Virus record (IMG/VR): IMGVR_UViG_3300032214_001472
Coordinates: 1 to 58,546 of that record
Source of the DNA: a virus
Taxonomy: Duplodnaviria > Caudoviricetes
Direction: 5' to 3' (one strand)
DNA: 58,546 bases
Positions within the stretch are counted from its first letter, which is position 1. Each line of letters starts with the position of its first letter. Under the pieces are notes generated by a model that worked only from the letters and a program-made list of their open reading frames with translations, ran no database searches and was not told the origin of the DNA. Positions 47,748-57,428 of the stretch are shown piece after piece. Both the position numbers and the translations under genes were made by a program.

Positions 47748-49193
47748 TTGGCACTTAACTTTCCGGATAACCCATCACCAGGACAAATATTTTCAGATGC
47801 AACGGCTGGATTTTATTTTCGCTGGGATGGAACTGTATGGCAAAGTTTTAGTCCAGGAAGTTCTGCAAATATTCAAAACCTAGATGATTTCAGTGGTTCT
47901 TTCAACGGAATCACAACGTCATTTTCTTTGACTTCTGGTGGAATTGAAATTATACCAATTAAGACATCACAACTTGTGATTAATCTTGGTGGTATTATTC
48001 AAGATTCAAAGGATGATTATTTCATTAATGGATCAAGTATTATATTTTCAGAACCACCTGAAATAGGACTTTCCTTTTCTGGTATCTCATTAGGACCAGC
48101 AATTCCTATTTCTAACATACTTGATGGTTCTGTATTACCTCAAGACTTATCAACGGGTGCTCCTTGGTGGTTATCTGATTATAAGGTTGGTATTGGAACA
48201 TCAGTACCAACATCATTATTGGACGTTGAAGGTAATGCTATTATCACTGGTATTGTAACCGCCAATACTTTCAGTGGACAATTAAGTGCTGGTATTTCTA
48301 CGATTTCCAATCTTAGAGTCACTGGTATTACTACACTTGGAGTTACTACTACAACCAGTCTGAGTGCCGAAATGATTAGTATTGCTGGTGCCAGCAGTAC
48401 AATTGCAAATCTTACTGGAACGGTTCTCAACTATCAGAATATAACTGCAACTAATGTAAGTGTTACTGGTATATCCACACTTACTCAAGTCATAGCAACA
48501 GGTATTGTAGGAACAAGTGTTACTGCAACCAATCTCATAGCAACGAATTTAAGAGTATCAGGAATCACAACTCTTGGTTCTTCGAATGGTATTGGAACTG
48601 TTACGATTGGAACTGGAATTACTGCATTGCTTGTCGATGGTAATGCAAGAATTACTGGTATTCTTTCAATTGGACAAGGAACAATTACAATTGATGGAAA
48701 TACTAATACTATTTCTGGAGTTTCATCTGTTAGCGATGCAACAGGAAGTTATCTAAGCATTCCTCCAGGAACTGTAATTAGTGTTGCATCATCAATTGCT
48801 CCTGCAGGGTACTTAAAGGCAAATGGTGCTGCTATTTCAAGAAGTACTTACTCTACTTTATTTGCTGGCATTGGAACTGTTCATGGAGCAGGTAATGGTA
48901 CTTCAACCTTTAATATTCCGGATTTGAGAGGTGAGTTTATTCGTGGTTGGGCGGATGGCAGAGCAGTTGATACTGGAAGAAGTTTTGGTAGTTCTCAGGC
49001 AGATGACTTTAAGAGTCATACTCATTCAGTAAGTTTTAATTTCACTTCAGTTGTTACTCAACCTGGAGGAAATGAAACTCCTGGAGGTGGAGGAAGAGGA
49101 CAATATGCAAACATTTCTGCTACTGCTACCGCGAATGGTGGAACAGAAACCCGTCCAAGAAACATCGCACTTCTTTACTGTATTAAATACTAA
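47748..49193 (+). CDS. Tail fibre with phage tail collar domain (TTG start)
   Basis: PAGYLKANGAAISRSTYSTLF...FNIPDLRGEFIRGW, SHTH, ETRPRNIALLYCIKY. Confidence 0.85.
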   Translation: MALNFPDNPSPGQIFSDATAGFYFRWDGTVWQSFSPGSSANIQNLDDFSGSFNGITTSFSLTSGGIEIIPIKTSQLVINLGGIIQDSKDDYFINGSSIIFSEPPEIGLSFSGISLGPAIPISNILDGSVLPQDLSTGAPWWLSDYKVGIGTSVPTSLLDVEGNAIITGIVTANTFSGQLSAGISTISNLRVTGITTLGVTTTTSLSAEMISIAGASSTIANLTGTVLNYQNITATNVSVTGISTLTQVIATGIVGTSVTATNLIATNLRVSGITTLGSSNGIGTVTIGTGITALLVDGNARITGILSIGQGTITIDGNTNTISGVSSVSDATGSYLSIPPGTVISVASSIAPAGYLKANGAAISRSTYSTLFAGIGTVHGAGNGTSTFNIPDLRGEFIRGWADGRAVDTGRSFGSSQADDFKSHTHSVSFNFTSVVTQPGGNETPGGGGRGQYANISATATANGGTETRPRNIALLYCIKY

Positions 49194-49201
49194 TAAAAGA
49201 C

Positions 49202-49630
49202 ATGGAAATCTATAATTATCACCCAGAATACAAACATCTCACTGCAATATCAACTGCTGATGAATCTCCATTAGAACCAGGAGTTTATCTTATTCCTGCA
49301 TATGCAACTGATATTGAGGTTCCAAATTATGATTCAGGAACTATTCCAATCTTTAAGGACGATCATTGGGACGTTGTTGAAGATCGAAGTGGAACTTGGT
49401 ATAGAATTCCAAATGGAGAATCTTATGAAGTTTATAACCCACTTGAAGATCAATCAAATGCAACCAGAATTGCTCCTCCAGACTTAACTCCATATTTACA
49501 ACCTCATCAACATGTTTGGGAAAATAATGAGTGGGTAGTTAAACCAATTCTAGAGTCAACACCACTTGAAAAATTAGAGAAAGCTGGACTTACTGTAGAA
49601 GAACTCAAACAACTTCTAGGACTTTCATAA
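49202..49630 (+). CDS. Tail fibre assembly protein (Tfa-like)
   Basis: IYNY.P...ADESPLEPGVYLIPA.AT...W.VVED. Confidence 0.7.
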   Translation: MEIYNYHPEYKHLTAISTADESPLEPGVYLIPAYATDIEVPNYDSGTIPIFKDDHWDVVEDRSGTWYRIPNGESYEVYNPLEDQSNATRIAPPDLTPYLQPHQHVWENNEWVVKPILESTPLEKLEKAGLTVEELKQLLGLS

Positions 49631-49660
49631 ATATCTCAATAGAGAAGTATTTGGCATATA

Positions 49661-51439
49661 ATGTCACAAACAAAATCCCAGTTAATTAATCCCATCGATG
49701 GTAATATTAACGTAACTGGTATTGTTACTGCATCCAGTTTTAGTGGAAATAACGTAAATGTAATTGGTATTGTTACTGCATCCGGTTTTAGTGGAGTTGC
49801 TTCTGCTGCTAGAAGTATCGTTGGATTTGGTACTTATAGGCAGGTAGGAATTCTTACTGGTTCTCTTGCTACTAATGCCGATCTTTTTGGTTATAAAGTA
49901 GCAACAAGTGCTGATGGTAAGACTATTATTGTTGGTGCCGAAAATGATGAAATTGGAGCAACAACAGGTACTGGTGTTGTTTATGTCTTTGATCGTGTAG
50001 GTAGTTCATTTAATCAAGTAGGAATTTTAACTGGTTCTCTTGCTGTTGATAGTGGAGATAACTTTGGACAATCAGTAGCAACAAGTGCCGATGGTAAAAC
50101 CATTATTGTTGGCGACTATTTTGATGAAATTGGAGCAGCAACAAATACTGGTGTTGTTTATGTATTTGATCGTGTAGGAAACTCATTTAATCAAGTAGGA
50201 ATTCTAACTGGTTCTCTTGCTGGTGATACTAATGATTACTTTGGACAATCACTAGCAACAAGTGCCGATGGTAAAACTATTGTTGTTGGTGCTTATTTTG
50301 ATGAAATTGGAGCAACAGGAGCTACTGGAGTTGTTTATGTCTTTGATCGTGTAGAAAACTCATTTAATCAAGTAGGAATTTTAACTGGTTCTCTTGCTGT
50401 TGATTTATTTGATTTATTTGGACAATCAGTAGCAACAAGTGCCGATGGTAAAACTATTGTTGTTGGTGCTTATAATGATGAAATAGGAGCAACAACAGGT
50501 ACTGGTGTTGTTTATGTTTATGATCGTGTAGGTAGTTCCTTTAATCAAGTAGGAATTCTTACTGGTTCTTATGCTGTTGATGATAATGATCAATTTGGAC
50601 ACTCAGTAGCAACAAGTGCTGATGGAAAAACCATTATTGTTGGTAGTTATAATGATGAAATAGGAGCAACAGGAGGTACTGGTGTTGTTTATGTATTTGA
50701 TCGTGTAGGAAACTCATTTAATCAAGTAGGAATTCTTACTGGTTCTTATGCTGTTAATGCTAATGATGGATTTGGATATTCAGTAGCAACAAGTGCTGAT
50801 GGTAAGACTATTATTGTTGGTGCTTATAATGATGAAATAGGAGCAGCAACAAATACTGGTGTTGTTTATGTTTTTAATCGTCAAGAAAACTCATTTAATC
50901 GAGTGGGAATTCTTACTGGTTCTTATGCTGTTGATGCTAGTGACACCTTTGGGAGGTCAGTAGCAACAAGTGCTGATGGCAAGACTATTATTGTTGGTGC
51001 TGATCTGGATGAAATTGGAGCAACAACAAGTACTGGTGTTGTATATGTTTTTGATGAAGTTAATGATACATATCTAAGTACAGATCCATCCGGAATTATC
51101 GTAACTGGAAAATTAAGTGATAGTAAAGGTGATGTTCGTGCTATTCCACAAAATTCTCAGTCTTCTTCATATACACTACAAATTTCTGATATAGGAAAAC
51201 ATGTCAGTATTAGTGGTGTTGGTGTTACAGTTCCTGCTTCAGTATTCGGTGCTGGAGATGCCATAACTATATACAATAATTCTGCATCTAGTCAAACAAT
51301 AACTCAAGGATCATCAGTAACAATGTATCAGGCAGGAACATCCAATACTGGCAATAGAATTTTATCCCAAAGAGGAGTTTGTTCTCTATTATGTGTTGGA
51401 ATTAATACTTTTGTAATATCTGGAGCAGGATTGACATAA
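49661..51439 (+). CDS. FG-GAP/integrin-like seven-bladed beta-propeller virion protein
   Basis: Seven ~60-aa repeats FGxSVATSADGKTIxVGA...GVVYVF. Confidence 0.85.
   Translation: MSQTKSQLINPIDGNINVTGIVTASSFSGNNVNVIGIVTASGFSGVASAARSIVGFGTYRQVGILTGSLATNADLFGYKVATSADGKTIIVGAENDEIGATTGTGVVYVFDRVGSSFNQVGILTGSLAVDSGDNFGQSVATSADGKTIIVGDYFDEIGAATNTGVVYVFDRVGNSFNQVGILTGSLAGDTNDYFGQSLATSADGKTIVVGAYFDEIGATGATGVVYVFDRVENSFNQVGILTGSLAVDLFDLFGQSVATSADGKTIVVGAYNDEIGATTGTGVVYVYDRVGSSFNQVGILTGSYAVDDNDQFGHSVATSADGKTIIVGSYNDEIGATGGTGVVYVFDRVGNSFNQVGILTGSYAVNANDGFGYSVATSADGKTIIVGAYNDEIGAATNTGVVYVFNRQENSFNRVGILTGSYAVDASDTFGRSVATSADGKTIIVGADLDEIGATTSTGVVYVFDEVNDTYLSTDPSGIIVTGKLSDSKGDVRAIPQNSQSSSYTLQISDIGKHVSISGVGVTVPASVFGAGDAITIYNNSASSQTITQGSSVTMYQAGTSNTGNRILSQRGVCSLLCVGINTFVISGAGLT
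49841..51056 (+). repeat. Seven near-identical ~180-bp in-frame tandem repeats
   Basis: Recurring tttaatcaagtaggaatt...gtagcaacaagtgc.gatggtaa.ac.att. Confidence 0.95.
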
Positions 51440-51440
51440 A

Positions 51441-52334
51441 ATGTCTATTATTCAAGCATTTTTTATGAGTGGTAGTAGTGGTAGTAGTGGTAGTAGTCCA
51501 CCATTACCTGTAGAAGTTCTTATGATGGCAGGTGGTGGTGGAACTAGAAATGGGTATGGTTTCCTACCAACTTTCATAGATGATGATTTTACTTTTTCCA
51601 TACCATACCTTTATGGTGGAGGTGGTGCAGGTGCCGGTGGATTATATATTTATTCTGCAACTTTAAATCCTGGAAGTAATAGCACTGTCACAATTGGTGG
51701 AGGTGGAATTGGAGCTGCTAATGGATCTCCAACTTCATTTACTGGTGCTAGTAATGCCATCGGTGGTGGATATGGAACTTCCATTGATCAAACTGCAACC
51801 ACAGGTCAATCTGGCGGATCCGGCGCTGGTGGCGCTAGCGGCGGCGGTGGTGGTAGTGGAACATCGGGGCAGGGAAATTCTGGTGGTGGATCTGGGGCAA
51901 ACAATACCATCCGTCCCCCTGGTTTTGGTGCAGGAGGTGGAGGAGGAAAAGGTGGTGCAGGTGTAACTGCTGGAACTAATAATGGTGGTGCTGGGGGGGC
52001 AGGATATGATTTAGCAACTTTCGGAGGTGGTGCTTCGTTAACTGTTGCTTTTGGTGGCGGTGGTTGTGGATCTAATTCTGTTGGGAATAATGGTGATGGT
52101 ACTACAACACTTTCACCTGCTGCCAATACTGGCGGCGGCGGCAGAATCTTTGGAAGTAATAATGCAGCTGATTATCAGACTACTACATCTGGTGGATCTG
52201 GGAGAGTAGTAGTACGATATCCAGGATCAATAGCAAAGGCGACTGGGGGAACTATCACTACGGCAACTGTTGGTGGAACTTCTTATGTAATTCATGATTT
52301 TACTGCTGGCGGAACTTTTACTGTAAATCCTTAA
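51441..52334 (+). CDS. Glycine-rich adhesin-like virion protein
   Basis: VEVL..AGGGG, GGGGAGAGG, GQGN.GG, GGSGRVVVRY, IH.FT..GTF. Confidence 0.7.
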   Translation: MSIIQAFFMSGSSGSSGSSPPLPVEVLMMAGGGGTRNGYGFLPTFIDDDFTFSIPYLYGGGGAGAGGLYIYSATLNPGSNSTVTIGGGGIGAANGSPTSFTGASNAIGGGYGTSIDQTATTGQSGGSGAGGASGGGGGSGTSGQGNSGGGSGANNTIRPPGFGAGGGGGKGGAGVTAGTNNGGAGGAGYDLATFGGGASLTVAFGGGGCGSNSVGNNGDGTTTLSPAANTGGGGRIFGSNNAADYQTTTSGGSGRVVVRYPGSIAKATGGTITTATVGGTSYVIHDFTAGGTFTVNP

Positions 52335-52344
52335 TTGAAAGAAC

Positions 52345-52833
52345 ATGGCACATTTTTCTCAATTAGATGAAAACAATATTGTACTTCAAGTAACAGTCGT
52401 TAATAATGATAATATATTAGATGAGAATGGAAATGAATCCGAAGAAGTTGGAATTCAATTCTTAAAAAATTTATTGGGACAAGATACTAGATGGGTACAA
52501 ACATCATATAACGCAAATTTCAGACATAAGTATGCTGGAATAGGAGACTTCTACGATGAAGTACATCAAGTTTTTATTCCACCAGAATATCATTATGATG
52601 AGGAATATAATAGAGTTGTTTTAAATGGATCTTCGTACAATGAAGAATTTGATCAATTCATTTTACCTCAACCACATCCTTTATGGTGGTACGATCCAGA
52701 AAGAAAAAAATGGAGACCACCATTTCCCAAACCAAGAACTACTCACCAATATGAATGGGATGAGTCTATTTCAGATTGGAAATTAGTTGAAGGATCTGAA
52801 GGAACTAGATCTTGGATTAATATGATTGACTAA
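52345..52833 (+). CDS. Conserved partner of Gly-rich proteins (hypothetical)
   Basis: MAHF.QLDENN.V..V.VV.N, WVQTSYN..FR..YAGIG..YD. Confidence 0.7.
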   Translation: MAHFSQLDENNIVLQVTVVNNDNILDENGNESEEVGIQFLKNLLGQDTRWVQTSYNANFRHKYAGIGDFYDEVHQVFIPPEYHYDEEYNRVVLNGSSYNEEFDQFILPQPHPLWWYDPERKKWRPPFPKPRTTHQYEWDESISDWKLVEGSEGTRSWINMID

Positions 52834-52854
52834 ACAATAATCATTTGATATAAT
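52826..52854 (+). promoter_or_regulatory. sigma70-type promoter
   Basis: TTGACT-17 nt-TATAAT upstream of the 2OG oxygenase. Confidence 0.7.
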
Positions 52855-52875
52855 CCTTTGAAAAGGATCTAAATT

Positions 52876-53508
52876 ATGGAAAGAAAGATTAATATTTTTA
52901 GTAATCCATTTCCACATTTGATTATAGAAAATTTTTATACTGACGAAGAATTAGAATTGATTTGGGAAGAACTTAATTTTTTAACTAAACCAGGGAAACT
53001 TTATGATCCTGGATATGTTCACGGAGCAGTTGATCCAGAAACAGGAGAGTTTTTAACTAAGTCAAGATCCATCGTTTTGAATGAATCTTACAATGATAAA
53101 AACCTTTCAAATATCATAACCGTCACTCAAAAGTTATTCAATCATGGATTTTTGAATATATTCTATGATAGGTTTCCACAATATAAAAAGATCTTACACA
53201 GTAACTATTGTAGAACAAAGGTAAGATATTATCATGATGGCGATTATTATGCACCACACACCGATATTAGACACGATTTTCTAGCATTTAGTTATTTTAA
53301 CAGAGAACCAAGAAAGTTTACGGGTGGAGAATTATTCTTTCCCGAGTATGGTGACTATGAGTTTAAGTGTTTGAATAATAGTATAATTTTATTACCATCA
53401 TATGTTACTCACGGTGTTAAATTGGTGAATATAGAAGATCTAGATTATTATTCTGGACACGGAAGATACTGCATATCACATTTTATTGGAATTCAAATAG
53501 AACAATAA
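52876..53508 (+). CDS. 2OG-Fe(II) dioxygenase (prolyl-4-hydroxylase-like)
   Basis: Y..GDYY.PHTD (HxD), FTGGEL.F, LPS...HGV..V, GRY. Confidence 0.88.
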   Translation: MERKINIFSNPFPHLIIENFYTDEELELIWEELNFLTKPGKLYDPGYVHGAVDPETGEFLTKSRSIVLNESYNDKNLSNIITVTQKLFNHGFLNIFYDRFPQYKKILHSNYCRTKVRYYHDGDYYAPHTDIRHDFLAFSYFNREPRKFTGGELFFPEYGDYEFKCLNNSIILLPSYVTHGVKLVNIEDLDYYSGHGRYCISHFIGIQIEQ

Positions 53509-54227
53509 TGTCTGTAAACCAAATATACCACACTTCTCATTGTGGTTCCACCTTAATGGCAACATTATTAGCGAATTCCACAATCGTTTACTGTGAACCA
53601 CCTTGGACTGAAAATATTTTATTGAATAAAAATTCAGAAATTCCAAAAGATTTTGATAATATCACAATTAAATTTGGAAGTAGTTGGTGTCCATTTTCAA
53701 ACAATTTACAAGGAAAAAAAGTTTTCTTGCACAGAAAATTAACCCATCATTTGTTTAAGATAAAATCGTCGCGTTACATTGATAAAATCATATCTACAAA
53801 ATATGAGTATCATTCAAACCATTGTCACCAATCATTAAAAGAGTTTCAGTTTCAAACTGATCTTGAAAAAATTGCTTTTATGTGGCTGAATAATGTTCAG
53901 TGGATGAGAGAAGTTGATGATGTTTTGTGGATAGAATCAAATAGTTTTTTTGAGAATAAAAAAGAAACTATTGATATTGTATGTGATCATTTTAAAATTG
54001 CTAAAGTAAAAAATTTTGAATTATCAAATGTTTATGTGAAAGCTTTTGGTTTGATAGGAAATGAAAAAGCAATTAATGAGGCAGAAATTCCAAATTTGGG
54101 TAATGTAAAAACTTTATATCCATCTTATGGGATTGTTGAAAATGATTTATTATCCCATGATAATGATATAATAAGTACGACATGTTTGGTTGAAGGCAAT
54201 CTTCCAGAATTAAGAGAGTTATTGTAA
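53508..54227 (+). CDS. Sulfotransferase-like P-loop protein
   Basis: YHTSHCGSTLMATLL...EP resembles the PAPS-binding loop; coupled to the oxygenase (TAATG). Confidence 0.45.
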   Translation: MSVNQIYHTSHCGSTLMATLLANSTIVYCEPPWTENILLNKNSEIPKDFDNITIKFGSSWCPFSNNLQGKKVFLHRKLTHHLFKIKSSRYIDKIISTKYEYHSNHCHQSLKEFQFQTDLEKIAFMWLNNVQWMREVDDVLWIESNSFFENKKETIDIVCDHFKIAKVKNFELSNVYVKAFGLIGNEKAINEAEIPNLGNVKTLYPSYGIVENDLLSHDNDIISTTCLVEGNLPELRELL

Positions 54228-54760
54228 ATAAATACTGAAAAGAACTCAATATAATCCCTTGGCACTTAATTTTCCAGATAACCCATCAGTAGGGCAAATA
54301 TTTTCAGATGCAACGGCTGGATATTTCTATGAATGGAATGGATACGTTTGGCAAAGTTATAATGCAAGTAGTTCGGCAAATATTAGAATTCTAAATGATT
54401 TTAGTGGATCTTTTAATGGAATTACCACTTCTTTTACATTAACTTCAGGTGGAATTTCTATTATTCCTCTCAGTTCACAACAATTAGTCATTAATCTTGG
54501 TGGAGTTGTACAAGATCCTTCTAACGACTATTCAGTTTCTGGATCTAATATTGTTTTTTCTACTGCTCCAAACAATGGATTGACATTTTCTGGAATTTTA
54601 TTAGGTTCAGCTGTTCCAATTTCAGATATTGTTGATGGTTCTGTATTTCCTCAAGATCTATCAACAGGTGGTATATGGTGGAAATCAGACTATAAGGTTG
54701 GTATTGGTACAACAGTTCCAACATCATTGTTAGATGTCGAAGGTGATGTTATTATTGCAG
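54227..54760 (+). repeat. Diverged duplicate of 47716-~48250 (late promoter, leader and N-terminal module)
   Basis: aataaatact.aaaagaactcaatataatcccTTGgcacttaa.tttcc.gataacccatca present at both loci. Confidence 0.9.
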
Positions 54761-55584
54761 GCATTCTAACAGCATCTTCTACTAACACAACAAATATTAC
54801 ATCGACAAATCTCACATCAACAAATATTAATGCCACTGGAATTGTAACTGCAAATAACGTATCAATAGGTGCAGGAAATACAACACTGATCGTTCAAGGT
54901 GACGTAAGAATCACTGGAATACTGACAGTAGGAACAGCAAGTATTACTTTTGATGGTGCTAATAATAGAATTAACGTTGGATCTGGAATTACATTCAACG
55001 GATCTACGGGTATTATTAGTGCAACAGAATTTCGTGGAAATGGTGCAAACCTAACTGGTGTTCAACCATTTCCCAATGGAACTTTGATGCTTTTCCAACA
55101 AACATCAGCACCAACTGGTTGGACTAAACAAACAGATCACAACAACAAAGCACTTAGATGTGTGAGTGGTGCTGCAGGATCTGGAGGAAGTGTTACATTT
55201 ACAAATGCATTTACCTCAAGATCTGGATTAGGTACTGTTGCTGGAACAACTCTTAGTACAACACAAATTCCAAGTCATACTCATGTAGTAACTGATCCTG
55301 GACATGGACACACTGGTACTGCAAATGCTGTTGGGGATCACGCTCATACTTATGGCGCCAATGCAGAAGATTTAGGTCCTGGTGCAGGTGGTGTGGGGAA
55401 CCCTACAGGATCCACATCAACGGGGGGTGCTGGTGCTCACAGTCACAGTTTAAGTATTAATGGAAACACGACAGGAATCTCTATTCAAAACAGTGGAAGT
55501 GGTGGATCCCACAATCACGGATTTGCTCTTACAATGGATTTTGCAGTTCAATATGTTGATTTGATTATTGCTGCAAAAGACTAA
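54259..55584 (+). CDS. Tail fibre (N-terminus paralogous to 47748, tip paralogous to 46764; TTG start)
   Basis: MALNFPDNPS.GQIFSD...; APTGWTK..HNNKALR, multiple HxH, MDFAVQYVD. Confidence 0.8.
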   Translation: MALNFPDNPSVGQIFSDATAGYFYEWNGYVWQSYNASSSANIRILNDFSGSFNGITTSFTLTSGGISIIPLSSQQLVINLGGVVQDPSNDYSVSGSNIVFSTAPNNGLTFSGILLGSAVPISDIVDGSVFPQDLSTGGIWWKSDYKVGIGTTVPTSLLDVEGDVIIAGILTASSTNTTNITSTNLTSTNINATGIVTANNVSIGAGNTTLIVQGDVRITGILTVGTASITFDGANNRINVGSGITFNGSTGIISATEFRGNGANLTGVQPFPNGTLMLFQQTSAPTGWTKQTDHNNKALRCVSGAAGSGGSVTFTNAFTSRSGLGTVAGTTLSTTQIPSHTHVVTDPGHGHTGTANAVGDHAHTYGANAEDLGPGAGGVGNPTGSTSTGGAGAHSHSLSINGNTTGISIQNSGSGGSHNHGFALTMDFAVQYVDLIIAAKD

Positions 55585-55609
55585 ATACGTTATAATATAA
55601 TTTTTAACT

Positions 55610-55954
55610 ATGGCAAAAATGAAGCCGGGCGAGTTTTGTCCGTTGATTAAAAAAGATTGTATTGGATTAAAGTGTTCTTGGTATATGCAAATACGAGGAA
55701 CAAATCCAAACACAGGAGAACCTGTAGATGAATGGGGTTGTGCAGTTACTTGGATGCCTATGCTATTGATTGAAAATTCTCAGCAACAAAGACAAACTGG
55801 AGCTGCTGTAGAATCTTTCCGTAATGAAACTGTAAAGGCAAATCAAGAGAATCAAAGTCTTTATATTCAAGCACTTCAACAAGGCATTCTTCCAACACAA
55901 GTTACGCCACTTAATCAACCAATTAATACTTTACAACCAGGAGAAGATCAATGA
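55610..55954 (+). CDS. Cys-rich fibre-associated hypothetical protein
   Basis: CPL.KK.C....CSW...G.NPNTG..VDEWGCA..WMP.L.IENSQQQR.T.AAVESFRNE. Confidence 0.65.
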   Translation: MAKMKPGEFCPLIKKDCIGLKCSWYMQIRGTNPNTGEPVDEWGCAVTWMPMLLIENSQQQRQTGAAVESFRNETVKANQENQSLYIQALQQGILPTQVTPLNQPINTLQPGEDQ

Positions 55955-56187
55955 GATTTACTTATGTAAGAGCGGATAAAGTCGTAGGAATTGACGGAAA
56001 ATTCTTAAATATCGACAACTCATCATTTAATCAAGAAGTTGATGCTATTCAATGGTATGAAACTTGGGGAGAAATTGAATTTGTCAATCGCCAAGAAAGA
56101 AATAATGAAAAATTTGAAGATATTTCATATATTCAACCTTTAATTGAGGCATGGGAATATGAGGATGTGAAGACATCTGCAGCATAG
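55951..56187 (+). CDS. Small fibre-associated hypothetical protein
   Basis: D..V..DG...AIQWY...GEIEF; ATGA overlap. Confidence 0.6.
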   Translation: MRFTYVRADKVVGIDGKFLNIDNSSFNQEVDAIQWYETWGEIEFVNRQERNNEKFEDISYIQPLIEAWEYEDVKTSAA

Positions 56188-56189
56188 AA

Positions 56190-56246
56190 GGACACTTTTA
56201 AAACTGTCCACTAACCTCCCCAGTTCGCTGAGGGAGGTTTTATAGT
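56190..56246 (+). promoter_or_regulatory. Two-palindrome early-promoter-like element (copy 1; may also act as a terminator)
   Basis: GGACA-N10-TGTCC, then AACCTCCC-CAG-TTCG-CTG-A-GGGAGGTT, then TATAGT. Confidence 0.65.
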
Positions 56247-56269
56247 ATCTGCATGAACACACAAAATTA

Positions 56270-56374
56270 ATGCGGTTTTCAAATCTAGACAGATTGATTT
56301 TTGTCACATCCTTTGTCTGGCTTATGCACTGGGGTGTTAGGTTGACTTCCTCAATTCTCAATGATGTATTCTAA
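56270..56374 (+). CDS. 34-aa hydrophobic peptide (not in track)
   Basis: MRFSNLDRLIFVTSFVWLMHWGVRLTSSILNDVF; TAATG coupling to the next gene. Confidence 0.5.
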   Translation: MRFSNLDRLIFVTSFVWLMHWGVRLTSSILNDVF

Positions 56375-56811
56375 TGCTTACATTATACACCAGCGGGTAC
56401 AACTATAGCAAGCGTCGTTGTGGACGTATTGTTGATTGGTTCATTTCCAAACATCTTCCTAGACACAAACTGGAAATTTCTGTAAATCATCGCGGTTTAC
56501 TCTGTGAGAGTGTTTATGGATGGGTATGGGCTACTGATTGTGATTATCGTCCTCGTGCATTTGAGGTTGAATTGCATAATCAGATGACACCAGAGCACTA
56601 CACTAAGACGCTTCTACACGAACTGTGGCACGTTTATCAGCATGTTACGGGTGCTCTTAAGGATAAGTATGGAAAGAGGCTCTGGAGGGGCATAGACTAC
56701 ACGGAGACGGACTATTCAGAACAACCCTGGGAAGTACAGGCACATCAAATGGAAGAAGTACTCTATGAAGAATATCTAGAGTACTTGACAACTTCTCAAA
56801 ACCCACTATAA
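56374..56811 (+). CDS. HExxH zinc metallopeptidase-like protein
   Basis: TLLHELWHVYQH...QPWEVQA. Confidence 0.75.
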   Translation: MLTLYTSGYNYSKRRCGRIVDWFISKHLPRHKLEISVNHRGLLCESVYGWVWATDCDYRPRAFEVELHNQMTPEHYTKTLLHELWHVYQHVTGALKDKYGKRLWRGIDYTETDYSEQPWEVQAHQMEEVLYEEYLEYLTTSQNPL

Positions 56812-56812
56812 T
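56785..56812 (+). promoter_or_regulatory. sigma70-type promoter
   Basis: TTGACA-16 nt-TATAAT. Confidence 0.65.
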
Positions 56813-56836
56813 ACCTTTGTTGAGGTTAAACAAATT

Positions 56837-57049
56837 ATGATCTCTATGAAATCTCTTAAGACTGAATTCATCTGTGTATCTCCAAAGACTTCTGATGCAA
56901 AAGAAGTTTTTGTAACTTATATGCATAAACTTCATTCTTGCAAAGTAAAAGAACGTAAGAATGGACTCGTAAAACTTGAAAGTATTTCTGGAAAGATCTT
57001 TTTCTGGATGAATGAAAGTGATGACATGAACTGGAAGATTGTCAAGTGA
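56837..57049 (+). CDS. Hypothetical protein
   Basis: GAGG SD, 70 aa. Confidence 0.7.
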   Translation: MISMKSLKTEFICVSPKTSDAKEVFVTYMHKLHSCKVKERKNGLVKLESISGKIFFWMNESDDMNWKIVK

Positions 57050-57237
57050 AGAAACTCATTCCTCTTCTACTTCTACTTCCTACTTCTATTTCAGCACAAG
57101 AAGTTTACTCAATTAATGTAAATCGTCTGTGTGCAGAAATTGTAGGAATTCCTTATGCTTCTGATAATTTTTCTGATGAAGACTGGGAAAAATTTAAATC
57201 TTGTGTGAATTATGTAAAAGACTTCCAAGGTAAATAG
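57046..57237 (+). CDS. Small secreted/periplasmic-type protein
   Basis: Signal-peptide-like MKKLIPLLLLLPTSISA; GTGA overlap. Confidence 0.6.
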   Translation: MKKLIPLLLLLPTSISAQEVYSINVNRLCAEIVGIPYASDNFSDEDWEKFKSCVNYVKDFQGK

Positions 57238-57257
57238 TAATAGAATATGAGAACACT

Positions 57258-57428
57258 ATGGTTGTTTTCCTTGCAACTTCCATAATTTCCTGTAGTCAAG
57301 CTATGAACATTATTCATCGACTTACAAAAGTCGTTGGATTAACTGAATCTCAAAAGAGTGAGATAGTCTCAGAAGTTCGTAAAACCATTCCTTTCTGTCC
57401 TGTAATCATTAAAAAAGATGCAAAGTGA
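57258..57428 (+). CDS. Hypothetical protein (56 aa, not in track)
   Basis: MVVFLATSIISCSQA...KKDAK*. Confidence 0.55.
   Translation: MVVFLATSIISCSQAMNIIHRLTKVVGLTESQKSEIVSEVRKTIPFCPVIIKKDAK

Noticed and set aside
49841-51056. Repeat array as CRISPR or DGR target
   Set aside because: Repeats are in-frame protein blades without unique spacers; substitutions are not clearly adenine-restricted.
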